A stretch of 64,000 nucleotides of DNA from a bacterium (GTDB lineage: Bacteria > Actinomycetota > Acidimicrobiia > Acidimicrobiales > Bin134). The translations under genes were made by a program, and so were the position numbers. Where the stretch lies: assembly GCA_026705465.1 (NCBI GenBank), contig JAPPAP010000004.1, positions 20,337-84,336 of the forward strand. Direction: 5' to 3'. The notes below the pieces were generated by a model. It saw only the letters and a program-made list of their open reading frames with translations, had not been told where the DNA came from and searched no databases. Below, piece by piece: positions 56,984 to 64,000 of this stretch; position 1 is the first letter of the stretch; every line of letters begins with the position of its first letter.

Positions 56984-58354
56984 GGTCCGGGCACCGTCGG
57001 CAAATTCGCCGATGGCCACTGCCCGCTCCGGACCCTCCCGGCCCCAGATCACGGTGTAGGACACCACTTCGGCCCGCTCTCCGTCGCCCGTGCGATAGGG
57101 CTTGGGCTGGAGCTCAGCGGCCACCGCATCGGTCACATCGATGTTGGCAAACGGCTGCTCTGGGGGTTGGGCCGACCACATGCTGGCCCCTTGCTTGGTG
57201 ATCATCCCGCTGATTGAAGTCAGCAGACCGGTCGACTCAGGATCGGCTCGTAGTACCTGGACCAGCTTCGCCGCGGCTTGGATCACGTAGTTGTTGAGTG
57301 GCCCGCCAGCCCAAGTCATCCCCCCGGTCACGGTCAGATCTCGGGCTAGGTCCATGCCCAACTCCAAGGCCTGCGTGCGCACCGCAATGGGGAAACAGGA
57401 GTACAGGTCCACGTGATCGGCCTCATTGGGGGCCATGCCCACATGGTTGGCCAGGGCCCGGCCGGCGTGGGCGAATCCCGGACTGCGGTGAAGCTCGGGA
57501 CGCTCGGTCACCGGCACCATGTGGTTGGACTCGGCCGCGGCCCAGGGGAACACCCAGCGATCCGAGGAGACGCCCAGCGCCCGGGCGGTTCCCGCCGAGC
57601 AGAAGATCAGCGCGGCGGCCTGATCCACGTTCCACTGGGAGTTGTGCCACTTGGTGTAGGGCCAGGCCAGCATCCGGTTGCCCTTTTCTGGGGTGGCGAT
57701 GGCCGCGGCATCCAGACCGTCTTGGAACCAGGCATCGGGGTTAGCCGCAGCCACCTGGGCGAAGCGGGCCCACAGTCCGGCCACCTCGTCGCGGTGCTCT
57801 TCGATGGACTGGCCGTCGGCGAACCGACGGGCGTTCTCGATCATGGCGTAGTGGTGGGTGGCCATCACCAGTCCGGTGTCGATCTCTGCTCGGCTGATGA
57901 TCATTCCGTGAGGAGTGACGAAGTCGTCGGGCTCGGCACCGCCTTGGTCGGTATCGGGAGCCTCGATGCCGGTGATCGACGCCCGCAGTCCCCGATACTT
58001 GGCCTCCCCGCCCACTACCGCGATCACATCGGCCGACCCCAACGCGATGGCCGCGGCCGCATCGCCCATCACCGCGGTCTGCAAGATGCCCACATCACCC
58101 AAATAGCTCCGGGCCTGGGTCGCCCCCACCTCGTCAGCCACCCACCGGGCCGGATCGGCATAGCCCCAGGTGCCTTGGGTCACCCTCACCTGATCCAATC
58201 GGTCTATCAGGCTGCTGGACCCGGCGTCATCAGCCGCCGCCACCAGCGCCTGAGCCATGAGGGCCACTGCCTCATTCGCCTCGGTGGGATCATCAAACCG
58301 CTGAGTAGCCGTCCCCACCCCCACCAACACCGGAGTCCTGTCGTCAACGCTCAC
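56876..58354 (-). CDS. Thiolase-like (SCP-x/Ltp-type) protein lacking the N-terminal nucleophilic Cys, with a C-terminal extension
   Basis: Thiolase-fold sequence (DVIAVVGGE, HVDLYSCFP, VTGGMTWAGGPLNNY). There is no Cys in about the first 260 residues. An extra C-terminal domain of about 100 aa is present. Confidence 0.7.
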   Translation of the reverse strand: MSVDDRTPVLVGVGTATQRFDDPTEANEAVALMAQALVAAADDAGSSSLIDRLDQVRVTQGTWGYADPARWVADEVGATQARSYLGDVGILQTAVMGDAAAAIALGSADVIAVVGGEAKYRGLRASITGIEAPDTDQGGAEPDDFVTPHGMIISRAEIDTGLVMATHHYAMIENARRFADGQSIEEHRDEVAGLWARFAQVAAANPDAWFQDGLDAAAIATPEKGNRMLAWPYTKWHNSQWNVDQAAALIFCSAGTARALGVSSDRWVFPWAAAESNHMVPVTERPELHRSPGFAHAGRALANHVGMAPNEADHVDLYSCFPIAVRTQALELGMDLARDLTVTGGMTWAGGPLNNYVIQAAAKLVQVLRADPESTGLLTSISGMITKQGASMWSAQPPEQPFANIDVTDAVAAELQPKPYRTGDGERAEVVSYTVIWGREGPERAVAIGEFADGARTLLVSSVPAVMAAAVVGEFSGRIVSVNADGTFTPAD

Positions 58355-58389
58355 GTCCGCACCCTAACGGCCCCCATGGCGCCGAGACG

Positions 58390-58866
58390 ATGTACCGTCA
58401 CCCTATGGAGCAATGGGAATTGATCGCTCGGGAATCGATCCGGGACTTGGTGGCCCGGTACAACGCCAACGGAGATTCGGGCCGATTCGACCAAGTGATG
58501 GACCTGTTTGCCCCCGACGCCATCATGCGGACGCCGACGCAGCCCGACAAGTACGGCATCGACGAAATCCGCACCATTTTCACCGGAGCCAAAGACACCC
58601 TGTCCGAGATCGGCGGCGGCACCCCCAAGTACATCCGCCACCACACCGCCACCCACCAGATCGACTTGCTCTCGCCCACGGAGGCCAAGGGCCGCTGCTA
58701 TTACCACGTGATCATGGAGCACGGCCTCGACCACTGGGGCCGCTACATCGACCGCTACGGCGTGGTCGACGGACAATGGCTGTTCACCGAACGGTCGGTA
58801 ACCATGGATGGCTACATTCCCGGCGGCTGGGGCGACCATAACGCCAGCCGGGGCCGTGATTACTGA
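58390..58866 (+). CDS. SnoaL-like/NTF2-fold protein
   Basis: About 158 aa. IRDLVARYNANGDSGRFDQVMDLFAPDAI... is typical of SnoaL_4/NTF2-like proteins. Confidence 0.65.
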   Translation: MYRHPMEQWELIARESIRDLVARYNANGDSGRFDQVMDLFAPDAIMRTPTQPDKYGIDEIRTIFTGAKDTLSEIGGGTPKYIRHHTATHQIDLLSPTEAKGRCYYHVIMEHGLDHWGRYIDRYGVVDGQWLFTERSVTMDGYIPGGWGDHNASRGRDY

Positions 58867-58872
58867 GTTTCG

Positions 58873-58911
58873 TACACCTTTTTTACACCTTATACATCTA
58901 TAGAATGTATA
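58873..58911. promoter_or_regulatory. AT-rich promoter/operator region upstream of vapB
   Basis: Direct repeat TACACCT (58873 and 58885), then the inverted repeat TATACAT-N7-ATGTATA (58891-58911). Ends 11 nt before the vapB ATG. Confidence 0.4.
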
Positions 58912-58921
58912 AAGTGGCTCT

Positions 58922-59155
58922 ATGGAGCAACCCAGCACCCGTACTCGCACTAATATCGAGATTGACGATCGGCTCCTCGATGTAGTCATGCGCCGCTACA
59001 ACCTGCGCACCAAGACTGAGGCAGTTGACATCGCATTGAGTCGCCTAGCAGGGCTTCCTCTGACCACTCAGGAGATGCTGGGAATGCAGGGAGCCCAGTT
59101 GATCGGCGAAATCCCGCCTGACACCGGCCTCCACCCCATCGGGCCTCAGCCGTGA
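58922..59155 (+). CDS. vapB: Type II antitoxin VapB (Arc/MetJ-like)
   Basis: RTNIEIDDRLLDVVMRRYNLRTKTEAVDIALSRL pattern. 4-nt overlap with vapC. Confidence 0.75.
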   Translation: MEQPSTRTRTNIEIDDRLLDVVMRRYNLRTKTEAVDIALSRLAGLPLTTQEMLGMQGAQLIGEIPPDTGLHPIGPQP

Positions 59156-59556
59156 TCCTGGCCGACACCTCCGCGTGGATGGAGTACGACCGGGGCACCA
59201 ACTCCCCGGTTCGCGCCCGGCTGGGCCAACTCATCGCCGATGGCGGTCGCCACGTGGCCGTCACTGAACCGGTACTGATGGAGGTGTTGGGAGGAGCCAA
59301 GGACGACCAAAGCCACCAAAAGCTCTACAACCTGCTGACGTCGGTGTCGTGGCTGGCCATGAACCCAACTGCCGATTTTGAGGGCGCGGCCCGCATCAAT
59401 CGGGTCTGCCGAACCAATGGGGTGGCCGCGCCGGGCTACATCGTGTGCATGATCGCCAATATCGCACTGCGAACCGGGTCAGAGATCCTGACCGCCGACC
59501 AGGATTTTCACCGCGTGGCCGAACTATTCCCTCTCAAGATTGCTGCGGTGCCCTAA
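59152..59556 (+). CDS. vapC: Type II toxin VapC (PIN domain)
   Basis: MILADTSAWMEY, MEVLGG and TADQDF acidic PIN residues. Confidence 0.85.
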   Translation: MILADTSAWMEYDRGTNSPVRARLGQLIADGGRHVAVTEPVLMEVLGGAKDDQSHQKLYNLLTSVSWLAMNPTADFEGAARINRVCRTNGVAAPGYIVCMIANIALRTGSEILTADQDFHRVAELFPLKIAAVP

Positions 59557-61253
59557 GAGGGCACCGGCGTGTTGGCGTCGAGCACCGCACCGGGGTTGGA
59601 ACCGGTAAGGGTGCCCTCCACTTGGGTGAGCACGCCGTTGACCGCGGTGGCCCGATAGCCCCCCGCCGGGCGGCGCAAACGGGGAGCACCCGAGGGCAGA
59701 TCGGACACAAACCTGTCGGTGTCCCACGACAATTCTTCCAAGTCGAAGACGGTCACATCGCCGGCGTAGCCGGGCAGCAGGCGTCCCCGGTCGTTGAACC
59801 CCAAGACCTCGGCCTGCCGACCGGTGATCTCGTATACCGCGTCCTCCAGCTCCAGATCGCCCCGGTCGCGCACATGCCGGGTCAACAGCAGGGTGGTGTC
59901 GCCCGCCGCACACATCATCTGCACATGGGCGCCGGCATCAGAGGCACTGATCAGACAGCGCTCATCGGCGATCATCTGGGCTACGCCGTTGGTGTTGCTG
60001 TTGCTCACGCCCATGGCCACGACCCCGGGCTCCAAGTCGTTCTCCAGAATCCAGTCGGCAAACACGTCGGAGGGGTGGCCGCCCCGAGCCTCGGTCAGCT
60101 CGGCCAGCGAGCGGCCCAGCCAAGCTTCGTTTTCGGGTCGGGTCACCGAGGTGAACCGCGCGAAGTCGGGCCGGTTGATGGGGAACAGCGACTTCTCGGT
60201 GGCATCCCACTCGTTGCGGGCAATCTCACGCCAGCCGGGATCGGCCAGCATCTCCCGCCGGGCCTCACCGGACACCCCCATGATCTGGTTCCAGCCCTTG
60301 GGGAGCATCATGAACACCATGGTCTGCTCCCAACTCACGTTGAGGTCCACGGTGCGGGGCGAGGATATTGGCCACATGTCGCAGCCCTCATCCCGGATGG
60401 CCTGGGTGAACGCCATGTATTCCTCCGGGCGGTGCGGGGCCATGTCGCTGTGAGAAACCCCATTCCATATGGAGGTCACCCCCCGGGGACCGAGCACCCG
60501 CGCCATCCGGCGAATATCAGCCTCGGGATCCTCGCCAGTGAGGTTGGGGATGAACTCGACCACTCCGTGGCCCGCGGCCGACAGCACGTTGGCCAACGCG
60601 CTCAGCTCCCCGTCGCAGGCCAGCCGACTGGGCACCGGACGGCTGCGCCGGTCCAAGTCAAAGAATGATGTGCTGAAGCCGTAGCAACCTGCCTCCATGG
60701 CATCGGCCATCTCGGCAGCCATGGCGGCGATCTCGTCTTCGGTGGCCTCTCGGGTCCAGGCGTCGTCACCCATCACGTAGATCCGCAGCATGGAATGGCC
60801 GATCAGCGAGGCCATGTTCAGCGCGATTCCCCCCTGATTCATGGCGTCGCGGTAGTGGCGCCAAGAACCCCAGGTCCAGGGAATGCCCGACTCGAAGTCG
60901 GCCACCGGCATGTCCTCGATGTAGCAGAACACGTCGATGAGTTCGTCGAGATGCTCGGGCTTGGCCGGAGCCAGCGACAGTGAGCAGTTGCCGATCAACG
61001 CGGTGGTCACCCCGTGCTGGGGCATCGGATCGCACCCCCGGTCCCAAAACATCGACGGATCCAGGTGGGTGTGGGAGTCGATGAACCCGGGGCTCACGTA
61101 GCAGCCCCCAGCGTCTAGTTCGGTCTCACCATCGGGAGTCAAGCCGAGGCCAACCTCGGTGACAACGCCGTTGTTGATGCGCACATCGGCAGATCGGGCC
61201 GGGGCCCCGGTGCCGTCGATCAAATTGCCACCGCGAATTATCAGGTCGGACAT
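59553..61253 (-). CDS. N-acyl-D-amino-acid deacylase (D-aminoacylase) family amidohydrolase
   Basis: MSDLIIRGGNLIDGTG...VSPGFIDSHTHLD, with size and sequence typical of the family. Confidence 0.85.
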   Translation of the reverse strand: MSDLIIRGGNLIDGTGAPARSADVRINNGVVTEVGLGLTPDGETELDAGGCYVSPGFIDSHTHLDPSMFWDRGCDPMPQHGVTTALIGNCSLSLAPAKPEHLDELIDVFCYIEDMPVADFESGIPWTWGSWRHYRDAMNQGGIALNMASLIGHSMLRIYVMGDDAWTREATEDEIAAMAAEMADAMEAGCYGFSTSFFDLDRRSRPVPSRLACDGELSALANVLSAAGHGVVEFIPNLTGEDPEADIRRMARVLGPRGVTSIWNGVSHSDMAPHRPEEYMAFTQAIRDEGCDMWPISSPRTVDLNVSWEQTMVFMMLPKGWNQIMGVSGEARREMLADPGWREIARNEWDATEKSLFPINRPDFARFTSVTRPENEAWLGRSLAELTEARGGHPSDVFADWILENDLEPGVVAMGVSNSNTNGVAQMIADERCLISASDAGAHVQMMCAAGDTTLLLTRHVRDRGDLELEDAVYEITGRQAEVLGFNDRGRLLPGYAGDVTVFDLEELSWDTDRFVSDLPSGAPRLRRPAGGYRATAVNGVLTQVEGTLTGSNPGAVLDANTPVPS

Positions 61254-61328
61254 GGGTCAAACGATAAACAACAGAACTGCCGCTCATCTCATCAACACCG
61301 AGGCACTTCTGCGATAGAAAATAGGGTT

Positions 61329-61850
61329 ATGACTGATCCCATCAGCAGTGACGCACTTGAGACTCTGGTCGCCAAGCAGGCCATTACCGAGGTGATCTAC
61401 GGCTACTGCCGAGCGCTCGACCGCATGGACAAAGACGCGGCCTATGCCATTTGGCACGACGACGGGACGGCCGACTACGGCGAGGACATCTACCAGGGAA
61501 CTGGTTGGGGGTTCGTGGACTGGGTGTGGACAGCCCACGCCGCTATGTCCACTCACTCCCATCAGATCACCAACGTGTTGATCCAGGTGAACGGTGACCG
61601 AGCGGTCAGCGAGGCCTATGTGACGGTCGCGCTGCGCACCTTGCCATTCGGCGACAGTGCCGACGTTGCCGACATCTACAGCCGAGGCCGCTACGTCGAC
61701 CAGTGGTCCCTCCGTGACGGGCGGTGGGCTATCGACCACCGCAACTACATCACCGACCACTCCGTGACCCTGCCCAACTCAGACCCCGCTCCCCACGATC
61801 CCCGATCCATCCGCGGCCCCGAGGACCTCTCTGTTGCCCTATTCGACTGA
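61329..61850 (+). CDS. SnoaL-like/NTF2-fold protein
   Basis: AITEVIYGYCRALDRMDKDAAYAIWHDDGTADYG pattern (SnoaL_4-like). Confidence 0.65.
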   Translation: MTDPISSDALETLVAKQAITEVIYGYCRALDRMDKDAAYAIWHDDGTADYGEDIYQGTGWGFVDWVWTAHAAMSTHSHQITNVLIQVNGDRAVSEAYVTVALRTLPFGDSADVADIYSRGRYVDQWSLRDGRWAIDHRNYITDHSVTLPNSDPAPHDPRSIRGPEDLSVALFD

Positions 61851-61880
61851 GGTCTGAAGGGCCTATCGCGCGCCGACAAG

Positions 61881-61908
61881 TTGATCAGATATAGCGAATC
61901 GATATAAT
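61881..61908 (+). promoter_or_regulatory. Candidate sigma-70-type promoter giving a leaderless or near-leaderless padR transcript
   Basis: TTGATC, then 16 nt, then TATAAT (61903-61908). The padR ATG (61918) begins 10 nt after the -10 hexamer. Confidence 0.4.
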
Positions 61909-61917
61909 CGCGGTCCA

Positions 61918-62520
61918 ATGTTGGATCTCGCGGTGCTCGGATTGCTCAAAGAGGGCGACCTTCACGGCTACGAGCTGAACAAGCGGCTCAAGTCGCTGGT
62001 CGGCGGATACTCCACTTCGTTCGGCGCGCTGTACCCCGCGCTGGCCAGACTGGAGCGGCGGGGCTGGGTCAGCTCCATGGCGGTGGCCCCAGAACTCGTC
62101 GTCGACGACGAAACCGCTGAGCCAGCCCGAAAAAACCGACGGCGCAGCACCAAGTCCAAATCAGGCCGAACTCGCAAGGTGTACCACATCACCGAAGCTG
62201 GCGAGTCCTACCTGTTGGAGCTTCTCCAAGAAGACGCCAACAACGAGCGCCGCTTCCGCTTGCAGCTGGCCTTCTGCCGCTTTCTGCCCCCAGACCGGCG
62301 GTTGGCGTTGTTCGAACTGCGCCGGGCCCACTTGGTCAGCCTGCAAGCCATGGCTCGCCGCGACCCCGTTCAATCCACCGATCCCTACGTGCGTTCCCTA
62401 TTCGAACGAGACCAGGAGCGCCTCGAACACGACTTGGCCTGGCTCGACCGGTTGATTGCCGATGAGCGCGCCAACCGCCCACAAGAACCGAAGACCGATG
62501 ATCGACACAATTCGATCTGA
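61918..62520 (+). CDS. PadR family transcriptional regulator
   Basis: N-terminal winged helix LAVLGLLKEGDLHGYELNKRL...GALYPALARLERRGWV. Confidence 0.85.
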   Translation: MLDLAVLGLLKEGDLHGYELNKRLKSLVGGYSTSFGALYPALARLERRGWVSSMAVAPELVVDDETAEPARKNRRRSTKSKSGRTRKVYHITEAGESYLLELLQEDANNERRFRLQLAFCRFLPPDRRLALFELRRAHLVSLQAMARRDPVQSTDPYVRSLFERDQERLEHDLAWLDRLIADERANRPQEPKTDDRHNSI

Positions 62521-62544
62521 CCTTGCCCAGGGAGGGCAGCCATT

Positions 62545-63624
62545 ATGAGCAATCCCATCCGCATCGCAATCGCCGGTGTTGGCAACTGCGCCAGCTCATT
62601 GGTGCAGGGCCTGTACTACTACGCCGGCGCCGAACCCGATGACCACGTCCCCGGCTTGATGCACGTGGTACTCGGGGGCTACCACATCAACGACGTCGAG
62701 CCAGTGGCGGCCTTCGACGTGGACGCCTCCAAGGTCGGACTGGATCTAGGCAAGGCCATCAGCGCGACGCCCAACAACACCGTGCAGTTCTGCGATGTGC
62801 CCGAACTGGGGGTGAGGGTGCAGCGAGCTCCCACCATGGACGGATTCGGCGAGTACTACCGAACCCAGTGTGAAGAATCGCCAGCCGCAGAGGTGGACGT
62901 GGCCGAGGCCCTGCGGGAGGCCGGGGCCGACGTGCTCATCTCGTATCTGCCGGTGGGCTCCGAAGAAGCCCAGCGCTACTACGCCGAGTGCTGCCTTGAG
63001 GCCGGCGTGGCCTTTGTGAACGCCATCCCGGTGTTCATCGCCTCCGATCCTGAGTGGGCCCAGCGCTTCACCGATGCCGGTGTGCCGGTGGTGGGCGATG
63101 ACATCAAGAGCCAAGTGGGCGCCACCATCCTGCACCGCACCCTGGCCCGGCTTTACGAAGACCGCGGGGTGGAACTCGACCGCACCTACCAGCTCAACTT
63201 CGGCGGAAACATGGACTTCATGAACATGTTGGAGCGGTCCCGGCTGGTGTCCAAGAAGATCTCCAAGACGCAGTCGGTCACCAGCCAACTCGACAAGGGC
63301 ATCGCCGCCGATGACGTGCACATCGGCCCCAGCGACCATGTCCCGTGGCTGAACGACCGGAAATGGGCCCACATCCGCCTCGAGGGTCGGGGCTTCGGCG
63401 ACATACCCCTCAACATCGACCTCAAGCTGGAAGTAGTGGACTCCCCCAACTCCGCCGGCGTCATCATCGACGCCCTGCGCTGCGCCAAGCTCGGTTTGGA
63501 CCATGGCATCGGTGGCCCCCTCCTCGGTCCCTCGGCCTACTTCATGAAGAGCCCGCCCATTCAGTACCGCGACGAGGTCGCCCGAGAGCTGGTCGAGGCC
63601 TACGCCCGAGGCGAGGTCATCTAG
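62545..63624 (+). CDS. ino1: myo-Inositol-1-phosphate synthase
   Basis: [22 protein letters not shown] and actinobacterial Ino1-like sequence throughout (359 aa). Confidence 0.9.
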   Translation: MSNPIRIAIAGVGNCASSLVQGLYYYAGAEPDDHVPGLMHVVLGGYHINDVEPVAAFDVDASKVGLDLGKAISATPNNTVQFCDVPELGVRVQRAPTMDGFGEYYRTQCEESPAAEVDVAEALREAGADVLISYLPVGSEEAQRYYAECCLEAGVAFVNAIPVFIASDPEWAQRFTDAGVPVVGDDIKSQVGATILHRTLARLYEDRGVELDRTYQLNFGGNMDFMNMLERSRLVSKKISKTQSVTSQLDKGIAADDVHIGPSDHVPWLNDRKWAHIRLEGRGFGDIPLNIDLKLEVVDSPNSAGVIIDALRCAKLGLDHGIGGPLLGPSAYFMKSPPIQYRDEVARELVEAYARGEVI

Positions 63625-64000
63625 CAAGCCAGCTCAGCAGATGCTCCCGAGCCTCTTCGGGGGTGAGTGGGCCAGAATCGAAGCGGTGGCGGCGCAGTTC
63701 GTCGACGGCTGCTCCCACTTCGGGGCCCGGTTCCAGGTCGAGCAGGGCCATGACCTCTTCACCGTCAAGAACGAGGGGTCCGCACAAGTCGGGCTCCGCT
63801 TCCATGAGGGCGGCTACGTCGCTGGCCAATGCGCCAACCTCCCCCAGAACTGACGCCACCGCCAGCGACTGGTCCACAAGATCACCGGCATCGACCACCC
63901 ATCGCCGCAGCTCGGGCAGAGTCCGAGACGGCTGTTCGACGACCCTTTCGGCCGCAGTCAACACGGCTGCAACCGCTCGGCTCATCGCAGTGGGAGCTCG
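63617..64000 (-). CDS. Hypothetical protein, probably the 3' part of a gene continuing beyond the window
   Basis: The frame stays open upstream of the annotated Met to the window edge. GC3 bias is good. No recognised domain in the visible 122+ aa. Confidence 0.4.
   Translation of the reverse strand, partial: RAPTAMSRAVAAVLTAAERVVEQPSRTLPELRRWVVDAGDLVDQSLAVASVLGEVGALASDVAALMEAEPDLCGPLVLDGEEVMALLDLEPGPEVGAAVDELRRHRFDSGPLTPEEAREHLLSWLAR

Overview
High-GC (roughly two-thirds G+C by eye), densely coding chromosomal segment of actinobacterial type; assigning it to Actinomycetota, possibly Acidimicrobiia, is inference only. About 65 protein genes lie on both strands. I saw no rRNA, tRNA, CRISPR array, integrase or transposase. 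The window starts inside an EF-G-like GTPase gene. It then runs through a long stretch dominated by acyl-CoA and lipid-type catabolic enzyme families: 4 AMP-dependent acyl-CoA synthetases, 3 acyl-CoA dehydrogenases plus one ACAD-fold flavoprotein, an enoyl-CoA hydratase, 3 amidohydrolase_2 paralogs, 4 luciferase-like (LLM) oxidoreductases, an APH-like kinase, a VOC protein, a P450, an SDR, a TauD dioxygenase and a Cys-less thiolase-like protein. Interspersed are a translationally coupled menF-menD-menH-menC menaquinone operon, two vapBC toxin-antitoxin pairs, clpB with a HAIR-like (HspR-type) operator, three MFS transporters, MscS, a cell-wall amidase, a GDPD lipoprotein and a PadR-ino1 pair. 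The most unusual element is a 1013-1029 aa predicted secreted protein (51.5-54.6 kb). It is built from 22 short Cys-containing RCC1-like repeats preceded by a duplicated uncharacterised Cys-containing module. It has visibly lower GC and near-identical internal DNA repeats. Other signals not explained by genes: a 168-bp MITE-like element with perfect 22-bp terminal inverted repeats inserted at the stop codon of a tandemly duplicated ABM gene; a family of GC-rich REP-like intergenic repeats (a 69-bp element in 2 copies, a 29-bp element in 2 copies, and a tandem ~75-bp unit); and several candidate operators and promoters. All calls come from reading the supplied translations and DNA by eye. No database search was run.
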